Shown here in pieces: positions 38,490 through 49,280 of a DNA stretch of 64,000 nt. Source of the DNA: Squalus acanthias (lineage: Eukaryota); the NCBI GenBank assembly GCA_030390025.1, contig CM059433.1, forward strand, positions 14,014,001-14,078,000. Reading direction: 5' to 3'. Within the stretch, counting starts at the first letter, position 1; each line of letters opens with the position of its first letter. The notes below the pieces were generated by a model. The model did not search any database, was not told the origin of the DNA, and worked only from the letters and a program-made list of their open reading frames with translations. Position numbers and translations under genes: made by a program.

Positions 38490-38814
38490 GATGCTGTCAT
38501 TATCATTCACACCTCATCTAGAGTCATCTTACTTGTCCCATTACCATCTCCTTTTGCCTTGCACCATCATCCCTTTTGTCAGTCAATCTCTCCTGCCTTC
38601 CATCCTAGCACAGACCTTCCCTCTGTTCTTTCCTCCCCTCCGCCCTGCCCCTGCATAAAAATCTCTCTTCTCTAACCTTTTCTAGTTCCGACGAAGGGTC
38701 CCCCGACTCGAAACGTTAACTCTGTTTCTCTCTCCACAGATGCTGCCTGACCTGCTGAGTGTTTCCAGCATTTTCTGTTGTTATTTCAGATTCCAGCATC
38801 CGCAGTATTTTGCT
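38490..38814 (+). mobile_element. Penelope-like 3' UTR/terminal repeat with hammerhead-like motif (38684-38721)
   Basis: AGTT-CCGACGA-A-GGGTC(CCCC)GACTC-GAAA-CGTT-AACT followed by the shared tail. Confidence 0.75.
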
Positions 38815-39274
38815 AAGGTAAGTTTTTGATTGTTTGTGGGCGGCTCACCCTCCCCCGCTCGAGAGTGGACCCCCCCCCCTCCCCCCCGACCTACCTTTAT
38901 TTGGGCCCTCAGACCTCCTATACTGCGGCAGGCTGGAATCAGCGGATTACCCCGTGGCGCTCATTTTCTCCTAGCCAGCCCAGCCTTCAAAATGGATTAG
39001 ACCTCCTGCCGGCACCACCAGGCCCGAAAACCTCATGGAGGGAAAGTTTATGAGCTCAAAATTCAGCTCCCCACCAGCGATACTTAAAGGGATCAGCAAC
39101 CGCTCTAAGACTAGATGCTGATTAAGTTTTACTGGCTCTGTAAAAGTTTGTGGAACTGTTTGGAGCTTTCTAAAGTTGTTTAAAGTTGGTGAGGTGACAG
39201 GGGAGCGGTGCTGCAAGTGGAGAAGGCCTTGGTTCTGACTTCAAGGGTTCTGGTCAGACCACTTGCTCCCAGTC

Positions 39275-40033
39275 ATGGGTGGTCTCGTTGTCATCCCCCT
39301 TGGTCTACAGCATGACAGGGAGATGGAGCAGAGGCTGCAAAGTAAAGGACAAGCTGCTCACAGAGGGAGGAGGAGGTGGGGGAGCAGGGCTTTTAGCAGG
39401 GCACCATCGACTGCATGCACGGAGCTTTGCGGGCACCCCATCTAAATGCTGAGATGTACCGCAACCGCAAAGCTTACCGCTAGCTGAATATCCAGTTGGC
39501 GTGCGACCATGCTGAGCACATTATGATGGTGAATGCCTGGTATCCTGGCAGCAGTCATGATGCTTTTATTCTGCGCCAATCCGCTGTTCCGTCAGTCTTT
39601 GAGCCACCGCAACAAACCAGAGGGTGGCTATTGGGTGACAAGGGTTATCCGCTGACCACCTGGCTTATGACTCCGCTGCGCAACCCGCGCACGCGTGGGC
39701 AGCATGCGTACAATGCGAGCCATGCTGCCACACGGAATCTGATAGAGCAGACCATTGGCGTCCTTAAACAACCCTTCCGCTGCCTGTACCGCTCTGGAGG
39801 AGACTTGCAATACCAGAGCACGTCTTAAGATTCGTCGCCATCATGAGGGCCCAGCCCTTGCCACCAGGCATACGATGACCAGCTGAGAAGGAGGAGGAGG
39901 AGGAGGAAGAGAAGGAGGAGGAAGAGGAGAAGGAGGAAGCAGAAGAGGAGGAAGCGGAAGGGAGGAGTCAACCCAGTCATCTCCTTTCTGCCTGGGTTGT
40001 CCGTGATCGACTCACCGACTGCAGTACCAGTGA
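39275..40033 (+). pseudogene. Harbinger transposase remnant with internal deletions
   Basis: YPGSSHDAFILRQS, WLLGDKGYPL, HAATRNLIEQTIGVLKQ.FRCL. Confidence 0.9.
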
Positions 40034-40334
40034 ACGCAACCCCAATTCCCCATTCAACAATAGTCCCACACCTTACCTTCCCTCTGTTACTGACCATCAC
40101 TGTCCTCTTGGCAACAATGCTGAAATAAAAGCCACCACAAAAGAAACATTCCAATTCAACTTTATATATCAATCCATCCAATATTACATAACGAAGTCAA
40201 CTGAACACCCTTGTGCATTCCCTTACTGCCTGTCTTCAGCGTGCCTTTGCCTGTCCTAGTGCTCCTATGCAGTGCTATCCCAGTGGCTGCAGCACGACTA
40301 CTGACTTGCAGTGGGGGAGACTACAGATGGCCTT

Positions 40335-42058
40335 ACAGGACAAACTTAAGCAGAAGGCCCAGCTGTGGACTGCACCATCTCAGCATGGGCGGCAGCAGTC
40401 TGGGCTGGCTGGCTGACAGGCAACAGCAAGGGCACTGGCGGAGTGGCAGTGGTGGGAGGACGAATGCTGTCATCCTGAGAGAGGACAGCAGGTTCATGCT
40501 CCACGGAGCCACTGCCACTCCCCCAGGGCGACAACTCAGAAATCCTAGCAATCTGTTGGAGGACAGATTCCTGGACTGCTGTGACACCCAGCAATCCCCT
40601 GTGAACACTGGTAAATGCAGCTATGATGGCTGCAGTCAGAGCTTGCGCGGCAACAAGCTGAGCCTGCAGGAGAGCAGTCTGAGCTTCCACTGCAGCACTC
40701 AGACGTTGGGTGGCTTCTCCTTGTACTGCAATGGAAGCGGAGACATCAGCCATCAGACGCTGCAGCATGGTTGTGTCCACAAGTGCGCGAATAGAGTTGC
40801 CCATCACTTGCATGCTGGAAATCATGGGCTCCAAGCTCTGTGCAAAGCCCTGAGCAAGGTTGGTGCTGGACTCCTCCATGCTCCTTGACATTGCACTCAG
40901 GCTTTCTGGCAGGCCTGCCAATACACCAAGCACTTTGTTGTGCACACCCATCAGCATTCTTCTGTAGGCCATCCCATCAAAGTCCTCATCTGATTCCTCT
41001 GCAACAGAACTCCTGTGCGACCTCACCCTCCAGGGAGCTGGCACCTGTGCTACCCTTTCCTCATGCCTGCTGTCTTACCATATGCAGATCCCGCCTCTAA
41101 CATATCCTCTAAACTACACAGAGTGTCAATATTTGAGCTGGTGGCTGCGAGTGTGAAATCGAGTGATAGTGTTGTGTCTTCATCATCATTGCCTTGGTAT
41201 TCTTCTGTTTCTTGCTCCTCCACCAATGCCTGGCCAGGTGTAGGTTCTTGGCTATCTGAAAGGAGAAAGGCACAAGGGTAAGGTTGTGGTGAAGGAAGGG
41301 GTGGGGGGAAAGCAGGAGTTGCATGCTTATAGCATGTGCAGCTTGTAAATCAGAAGAGATTGTGGGATGAGGGAGAAGTGGGATGTGAGAAGCAGGATTA
41401 CCTATGAGGATACCGGCATCTTGTATTTTTTCAGCCCCGCCGCTGGCCACAGGCTCAGTGATGACCCACCCAATAATGGCCAGCACCGTCTCCTCCATGG
41501 GGGTCAGGTTATACAAGCGTGCTTGTCCCCCGCCAGTTAGATCCTGCTGGCACCTGTTGTGAGCCACCTTTTCTTGCAGGAGAAAAGGAAGTGTGTCAGT
41601 GAGTGTGCTGCAATGTGTTTGGGTGATATGCCTGTCATGGTTGAATAACTGACAGTGTGTGCAAGCTGTGAGATGTTGGTGTGAGACTTGCAGCAGTGGT
41701 AAGTGTGTAAGGGTGAGGTGTAGCTATGAATGTGAGCTATAACTCGTGTTTGGTAGAGATTGTTGGTAGGTGAGTGATGGGGGAGTGATGCATTGAGCAG
41801 TGTTTGAGGCTAGTGCTGCAGATGGTGGGATATGGCATTTAAAGCTGAATTCACTGACCTTGACCACTCGTGTGAGGTCATTAAATGTCTTCCTGCGCTG
41901 CATCCTGGTCCTAGGGGCTATACTGCTGGCAACCACCACAGTGGCTATCTGCTCCCATTGATTTGCCTGGAGGGCCTCGTGTTGACCTCCTGCACCAAGG
42001 CCTCCAGTGCTGCATCAGAGAAACTTGGTGCACACTCTCTCCCCTGTTGTGACATCAT
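40335..42058 (-). pseudogene. Harbinger Myb/SANT-like gene remnant, 3 exons
   Basis: MMSQQGRECAPSFSDAALEALV..RKTFNDLTRVVK | KVAHNR.QQ.LTGGG..LTPMEE | DSDEDFDG-type exon 3, homologous to 11266-13033. Confidence 0.85.
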
Positions 42059-42574
42059 TTGTGTTTTTTCCTCCTTTCACTCTCTTCCTCAGCCAGAATC
42101 GATGACCCCTTGAAGAGGTGCAGACTGCCTTTAAGAAGTGCAGGCTAGCTTTAATTGGTGCTAGCCTTGCACGAACTTGGGCCCCCTGCTGAACGTTCAG
42201 CCACTCAGCAGTACATTCAGCGCTGGGCTAAAGGCCGCAATCAATCTAATCTGCAGGCAGTACAAAGTTAGCGTACTGCCTGCATTCCTTTGAATGGGCG
42301 CAGGGTGATCGTGCATCATGACCCCCATGCCCGTTTTGTTCTATAAACACTTTTCTGTTCACTTTTTGACCTGCCCGTTACTTCAACCTAATAGATGAAA
42401 TGGTCTGGGTCCTTGAACGCTCCATGTCTGCTATAAATACTGCTCAATGATTGTCGGCAACTTCAACAACAACAGTCTTTGATCTCGGTTCACGGAGGAT
42501 CAGGAAGGATACTGATCCCAACTCACCTCAATGAAATTATCGTATACATCACCCAAATAGGTCTTTACTGGCTG

Positions 42575-43342
42575 CAAAATCTGTCCTGGCTGGTCTGAGA
42601 CTGAACCAGACTGTTTGCAACCTTGGTGTCATATTTGAACCCGAGATGAGCTTCTGACCACATATACGCGCCATCACTAAGGCCGCCTATTTCCATCTCC
42701 GTAACATCACTCGACTCCGTCCCTGCCTCAGCTCATCCGCTGCTGAAACCCTCATCCATGCCTTTGTTCCCTCTAGACTTGACTATTCCAACGCATTCCT
42801 GGCCGACCTCCCACATTCTACCCTCTGTAAACTTGAGGGCATCCAAAACTCTGCTGCCCGTGTCCTAACTCGCACTAAGTCCCGTTCACTCATCACCCCT
42901 GTGCTCGCTGACCTACATTGGCTCCCGGTTGAGCAACGCCACGATTTCAAAATTCTCATCCTCGTTCTCATCCTCGCCCCTCCCTATCTCTGTAATCTCC
43001 TGCAGCCTTATAGCCCTCCGAGATATCTGCGCTCCTCTAATTCTGCCCTCTTGAGCATCCCCGATTTTAATCACGCCACCATTGGCGGCCGTGACTTCAG
43101 CTGCCAAGGCCTTAAGCTCTGGAATTCCCTCCCTAAACCTCTCCGCTTCTCTACCTCTCTTTCCTCCATTAAGACGCTCCTTAAAACCTACCTCTTTGAC
43201 CAAGCTTTTGGTCACCTGCCTTAGTATCTCCTTATGTGGCTCGGTGTCAAATTTTGTTTGATAATGCTCCTGTGCAGCACCTTGGGATGTTTTACTGCAT
43301 TAAAAGGAGCTATATAAATACAAGTTGTCATTGTTGTTGTTG
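42575..43342 (+). mobile_element. L2 LINE 3' end
   Basis: AYFHLRNI, LIHAFV.SRLDYSN, LADLHWLPV, LWNSLP, LKTYLF; (TGT)n tail. Confidence 0.9.
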
Positions 43343-43434
43343 CTAAAGTTGCTCCAGTTGAAATGTCCTCTCAGTTAAGAGCTATAGAGACAATCTTTTC
43401 ACTGCAGTCTTTGTGAGTAGAGTACTTCCCATTC

Positions 43435-44045
43435 AACAATCTTGCATTCATATAGTACCTTTCATATGCTTAGGATATTTCAAAGTGCTTCACAGCTGTT
43501 GGATTGCAGCCATTGCTGTTTTTGTAGTCAAATGCAGCAGCCAATTGCAATGTCCCAAAAAACGGTAAATGAGATAAATGACCAACCAGTTCATTTTGGT
43601 GGCACTGGTTGAGGGAGGAATGTTGACACAGGCACCCAGAAGAACCCCTTGCTCTTCTTTCAATAAGGCCATGGGATCACTTATGTCCATACAAAACCAG
43701 TTTACGGAGACACACGTTAATCTGGCTAATCACCAGTATAGATTACTACAGCCAATTATCCTGCCATTCAGAGAGATGATGCAACTGCTGCGGGCTCACC
43801 ATAAACACTCCACAACTCCAGAATTTAATTTCCTTCTTTTCGTTCTTTCTTTCTTTCTTTCCATCTGAGCAAGCAGACAGGACCTTACTGTAATATCTCA
43901 TTTGAAAGATGATAAGTCTCTTAACATTGCCTCAGCTCTGCACTGAATTATCAGCCTAGATTACATACTCAAGTCCTGGAGTGGGGCCTGAACCCACAAT
44001 CTTCTGATGCAGGAGTGGAAATACTATCATTAAGCCATGCAGGCA
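43435..44045 (-). mobile_element. Diverged Deu-domain SINE containing a fragment (about 43690-43850) of the 45573-46215 element
   Basis: Reverse-complement Deu motifs (CCATGGGATC, GCAGCCAATT) on both sides of the insert. Confidence 0.6.
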
Positions 44046-44049
44046 CTCT

Positions 44050-44895
44050 GGGCGTGATCTTTCCAGCCCTGGGGAGGCGGGTATGGAGGCGGGACTGCAG
44101 GGAAAATGGCAGAATCTGGGGGCGGGTGACCAACCAGCCCCCAATCCGCCTCCGTGCCATCTTGCCAGGAGGCGGGTAGCCGACCCGCGCCGGGTCCCGT
44201 CTCCTTGGAGGCGGGAAGGGGATTAGTGCCACTTATCTGCCTGTTAACAGGTAGTTAACAGGCAGATAAGAGGATTATCCCCATTTTGCCCACACAAGTG
44301 CGGGCTTCCCGAAGGCTCCGAACCCCGCCAGGGTCACCGAGGCGAGTAGTGGGTCTGTGGGGGTCGGCGGGGTGCAAAAGTGCGCTGTGGAGGTAAGTGA
44401 TGGGTGCAAGTGTGGAGAGGTGAGTATGTGAGGTGAGTGGAAAGTGTTAGTAAAAGTTTACTTACCTTTGTTTCTTCCTGCAGGCTTCAATCGGTGGGGA
44501 TGTGAAGAGTCTCGCACCTCCGCGGCAGAGATGACAGATGGCTGCTGCATTCTCCAATGCAACAACCATCTAATTTCTGCTAAATAAAGAGGTTTGATGA
44601 GTCTTGAATACAAGAACTCATCAAACTACAGAGAATGTCAGAGTTTGACAGCTTCACAGAGCTGTCAAACGATGACAATTCATCTGTCAAAAATTTGAGA
44701 CAGATGAAACGTCATACGTTGACATTCTCTGTAACCGGCTTTCCTTTAATTGGCCTGCTAAACCTGCTGGGCGAGCTTAACAAGGTCAATCAAGGGAAAA
44801 TAGCGTGGGTTGGCCAGAAGTTGATGGAGGCAGGACTGAAACCCGACAAGTGGGAGTCCCGCCTCCAAAAGCTTCCCATTGGCAAAATCCAGCCC
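44050..44895. mobile_element. Harbinger-type MITE, inverted copy of 35435-36279
   Basis: Colinear reverse complement; ends GGGCGTGATCTT / AAAATCCAGCCC. Confidence 0.9.
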
Positions 44896-44945
44896 TTTCT
44901 TTATAGTGGTATTTCCCTGCCAACTGTGTGGCTAATGCTAAATAC

Positions 44946-45572
44946 GGGTACAGCACTGTAATAGTTACATTACTGGACTAACAGTCCAAAGAACGTGAGT
45001 TCAAATTCCACCACGGCAGTTTGAGAATTTGAATTCAGTTTAAAAATTATCTGGATATAAAAAACTGGTATTAGTAACAAAGTGACCATAAGGCTGTTGG
45101 AATGTTGCAAATAAAAGGAAGGTGCCATCCTCCCTCCATGACTCCAGTCCCACACCAACTCTTAACTGCCCTCTGATGTGGCCTAGCAGGTCATTCGTTG
45201 AATCCAAACCCGCCACAAAATATAACACGTTCACCACATGCAGCAATTCAGGAAGGAGCCCCACCACCACCACCTTCTCAGGGCAACTAGGGATGAGCAA
45301 TAAATGCCAGCGACGTCTGACATGAATTTTGTCATTCATGTGGAAATGATTTATGAAATAATACTGGGCGGCCTGCTGGTGGCGCTGTCCAGGGAGAGTA
45401 TAAATACTCGGGCATGGGCCCAGCTTGCTCAGGACATTCTTTAACAGGAACTAGGGAAGGACACAACTAGATCTCCATGTTGTAAAACAGTTAATTAAAG
45501 CTTTGTTTAACGCTTAGACCAAGTGCCTAGTAGTTTTCTTACGTCAACGTCTACATCCTGAGAATGACTAAA
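44946..45572 (+). mobile_element. tRNA-derived SINE (relative of 24650-25057) with a solo LTR in its tail
   Basis: GAGTTCAAATTCC B box; tail CACCTTCTCAGGGCAACTAGGGATG..AATAAATGCCAGCG. Confidence 0.65.
45318..45546 (+). mobile_element. Solo LTR (229 bp)
   Basis: TGAC...GTCA termini, perfect 5-bp TSD ACGTC, internal TATAAA then ATTAAA. Confidence 0.85.
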
Positions 45573-46215
45573 TGAAGTCGAGGCGATCGGGTTATACGTC
45601 GGTTTTTATTTGCTGCGGAGAACAAAAAGAAGGAAATGAAATTCTGGAGCCGTGGAGCGTTTATGGTGAGCCCGCAGCAGTTGCGCCATCTATCTGAATG
45701 GCAGGAGAATTGGCTGTAGTAATCTATACTGGTGATTAGCCAGATTAACGTGTGTCTCCGTAAACTGGTTTTTATACTGCTATTGTGTCTGCTGCTCCAT
45801 TTGAACTTCGCAAAAGGGAGGAGGAAGAAAAATGATGAGGATGAAGGTAAGATGTGTGACTGAAACTGGCCCTGTGCTAGAGAGACTCTCCCCACTGCTG
45901 AGGCTGGATGAGGAAAGGGAACTAAAATCAATGATCTGGCTTAAACCAAAGATGAATTGAATCACGAACAAATAGTTTATCTAACTCGTACTTCCATTCC
46001 CTTTACTGAAATCTATTACTGTCAGTCAGACTCTTTTCATGGTTTGATGAGAGCAGTTCTGTAAAGCCTCACAGTACTATTTTTTTTAGCAACCAAGGAT
46101 AATGCGACTGCTGCAGGCTTACCATAAACACTCCACGGTTCCAGAATTTCATTTCCTTCTCTTTGTTCTCAGCAGTAAATAAAAACCGATGTATAACCCG
46201 ATCGCCTCGACTTCA
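45573..46215. repeat. Unclassified foldback element with inverted arms of about 112 bp
   Basis: 45573-45684 is approximately the reverse complement of 46104-46215; a further partial copy lies at about 43690-43850. Confidence 0.75.
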
Positions 46216-47919
46216 AGTAATGGACACACATTTTTTATATAGGCTGTCAACATTCTACAAAAACAAAAAGCCCAGCCACGGATATTGTGCTGGTTATGCT
46301 CTTTTCTTAATTTAACACAGGAAAATGTCTACTAATTGCACAGTTAATGAAGTTACGGTAGTTTCGTTAGTTTGATGGACCCGACATTGCCCATTTTCTA
46401 CAACGGGGTTATACCGTGAATCCTTCCACTTTTTGTCAGTTAGATTTTCTTCAGATTTACATGGCACTACCGAGAGATGCCAGCCTTGCCTTCTAAAACT
46501 CTAGGGGTTATATTTTCCTTGCTAATTTTAGCCAAAAGGTCGATATCAGCATAAAGTACTGTGTTCTCATGCCTGCGTTTTCACTAAAATTAGCAAACAG
46601 AGGACAGAGGGATCAGTAGCGCTGGAAGAATCTTCACGTAGACAAGAGCAACTACATAAGAAATACTGTGGAATACAGATATTTCACTATCCTCCCTCTC
46701 TGCTATTGGCATTTCCAGCTGTTCACTGAGACATAAATCAGCTTTGTTAGTGCCACATTTATCTTCGCCGTGGCTGTCAGACTTTCAGGACAAGAAAAGC
46801 TTACCAATAAACACTGGCTTAAAAACAACCTACAGGGCTTTGAATGTTACTAGGTTCTAGAGATAGAACCCAACTAGCTTGATTAATCTGCCTAATCAAA
46901 GGTGAATTTTCTTTCTCTTTTCTTTCCTTTTGCACTTACTCATTTTGCTCTCACATGACAAGCACACTAATCTTAACCTACAGTTATTAGTTCTGATCAT
47001 TAGCAGCAACAAAGGACTTGGGGGATCTGCTGAAAATGTTCTTAATTTTCCCCGGTAAATCCAAGTACCACTCTCCACTGTCCTTCAGACAAGAGGAAGT
47101 TTCATATATATATATATATATCAAAAACTGCCATTGATATCAGCCTATGATTGGTTAGTAAGAGGCTACAATTCAGGCAATGTCAGTGTTTCCTCCCTTG
47201 AGGTGGAAGTCCATCTGGGTGATCTAGCCGAGTCCTGACCAAAGTTGACTAAATTGTTTGCGTGGGCTGCGCCGAGTGACAGCCAGCCTGAAACCTTATT
47301 ATGCAGTCAGAAATCAAACATTCCATCAATTCTGGTGCAATTACTCCATTTATCAGAACAATTTTAACTCTAACCAATTGTGTTCTTCCAAGTGGGCTTT
47401 TAAAAAAATATGACATGAGGTAATTTACTTGCTTCAAATAGGCTCCGCGTAGGGGAGGCTTCAACTGTTCACCATTTGTGGTGAAATTGTAAATATATTC
47501 TTTATCATCGTGTTTACAATTTTGCTACAAATAGTGAACAGTGAATATCTTTCCCCCAAAGTGTCAAGGTGATCACCAATTGATTTCAATCAGTATTCTC
47601 TAAATTACCCAACTTACAACTGTCATTCATTTCAATGTGCATTGTTCACTTTTCATTATATTAATTAGGTTTATGGCCTCTAGACGCCCTTATCCAATTT
47701 GATTCATGTAATACAGATCCGTTCCTTTGATTCTTAGTGTTGAATTTGTTAGGACTAAAAAAAAAATGATGCAAAAAATATACAGAATATCTACATTCTG
47801 AAAGCATGTTCAGCCCACGTTTGATTACTTTTTTTTTGTATGAATATTACACTCGTCAAGACGAGGGAGGTTAGTGGTGGGGAATGGAAACTGTTTATTT
47901 TAGGCACTCATTATCAGCA

Positions 47920-48263
47920 CCCAGCACTCCCAGGTCAGCTCTAGCAGGTTGGATACTCAGTAAAGCTCCCATTCCTCTACCTCCAACCTCAGAAAAGCAG
48001 CATCTACTTCACCAGTGTGACATTTTCCCTTTTCCTGCACCAGCCATCCTTGGTCTCCCATGAGTGGGTTTGCAAATTAGTGCTGCTTAATGTTAGTCTA
48101 AGCTCACTGGAAACTGGATTAATACTGCCCCCAACTAATTTTATACGGGGTCCTTGCAGGCAGCAGACCGAGGAAGCTTGAATCCATCAGTTTGGGTTGG
48201 ATTTAAACCCAGATCACTGAGAGAAAAGGTTGGCACCTAAACAATTGGACCACCCAGTTCCCC
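47920..48263 (-). mobile_element. Old tRNA-headed SINE, possibly LF-SINE-like
   Basis: Minus-strand head GGGGAACTGGGTGG..CCTTTTCTCTC..CTGGGTTTAAATCCAACCCA; family call from memory only. Confidence 0.35.
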
Positions 48264-48327
48264 ATCTTCAGTCCATTTGAGAACATGTATATCTTCAAAA
48301 CGGCTTGCATTAAAATAAACTACTTAC

Positions 48328-48465
48328 ATTTGAACCAGAATCACTCCCACTGACACAAATGACATCTTGCTTTTGAATTGTTATAACATCTTTTGATAGC
48401 CTTAGTCGGATGTCATAGGCATTCTCAGACTCCTCATCAAAAAGACGTGCTATACCAGTCTTAGT
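48328..48465 (-). CDS. SNTG2: Gamma-2 syntrophin coding exon (138 nt, equivalent to vertebrate exon 2)
   Basis: Minus strand: TTTTGCAG acceptor, GTAAGT donor, phase 0/0. Translates to TKTGIARLFDEESENAYDIRLRLSKDVITIQKQDVICVSGSDSGSN, matching recalled SNTG2 (TKTTIALLYDEESENAYDIRLKLTKEVLTIQKQDVVCV) better than SNTG1. Confidence 0.95.
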
Positions 48466-48808
48466 CTGCAAAACAAAAGCAATTTTGTTTGTAAAATATC
48501 TCTTATTTTATGGTTATCTTACAATCTCATTAACAAAACATGATCTTCGTTCGTTCCCACTTTTTGGATTCACACGTTTTGAAATGTATTTTCCTAGTTT
48601 TCGCCCCTGCCCTCCTAAGGTGCCCAGCCTTGCTGGAGTATGATAGCACAGATGCTGGCAGTCCTCAATATCTCTGCCGAGTGCTATTCTTCACAACCGA
48701 GCCTAGATAGTGAGTATAGGCAGGCTATTTGACAATGGAGATTGTTGCAGTTCATGTCGTGCTCACCTAACATTCACATAACACACAGTTTCCAAACGGC
48801 ATCACTCA

Positions 48809-49280
48809 GTGTCAGCTGTAGCTCAGTTGGTAGCACACTTGCCTCTGAGTCATGAAGGTTGTGAGTTCAAGTCCCACCCCAGAGACTTGAGCACATAAAG
48901 CTAGGCTTACACTCCAATGCAGTGCTGAGGGAGCGCTGCACTGTCGGAGGTGCCGTCTTTCGGATGAGACATTAAACTGAGGCCCCGTCTGCTCTCAGGT
49001 GGCTGTGAAAGATCCCATGGCACTATTTTGAAGAGGAGCAGGGGAGTTATCCCCGGTGTCCTGGCCAATATTTATCCTCAACCAACATAACAAAAAAAAA
49101 CAGATTATCTGGTCATTATCACATTGCTGTTTGTGGGACCTTGCTGTGCGCAAATTGGCTGCCACGTTTCCCACATTACAGCAGTGACTCCACTTCAAAT
49201 AGTACTTCATTGGCTGTAAAGCGCTTTGAGACGTCCGGTGGTCATGAAAGGCGCTATATAAATGCAAGTCTTTCTTTTTT
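48809..49280 (+). mobile_element. Full-length Deu-domain SINE
   Basis: Colinear with 15187-15660. Confidence 0.88.

Larger units (their letters stand above)
38276..42360. mobile_element. Decayed PIF/Harbinger element (transposase +, Myb -)
   Basis: Left end GGGAGAGATTTT; right end degenerate and approximate; contains both gene remnants in convergent orientation. Confidence 0.75.

Noticed and set aside
40211..40888. 225-aa plus-strand ORF (and 12057-12788 minus)
   Set aside because: These are antisense shadows of Harbinger Myb-gene exon 3.
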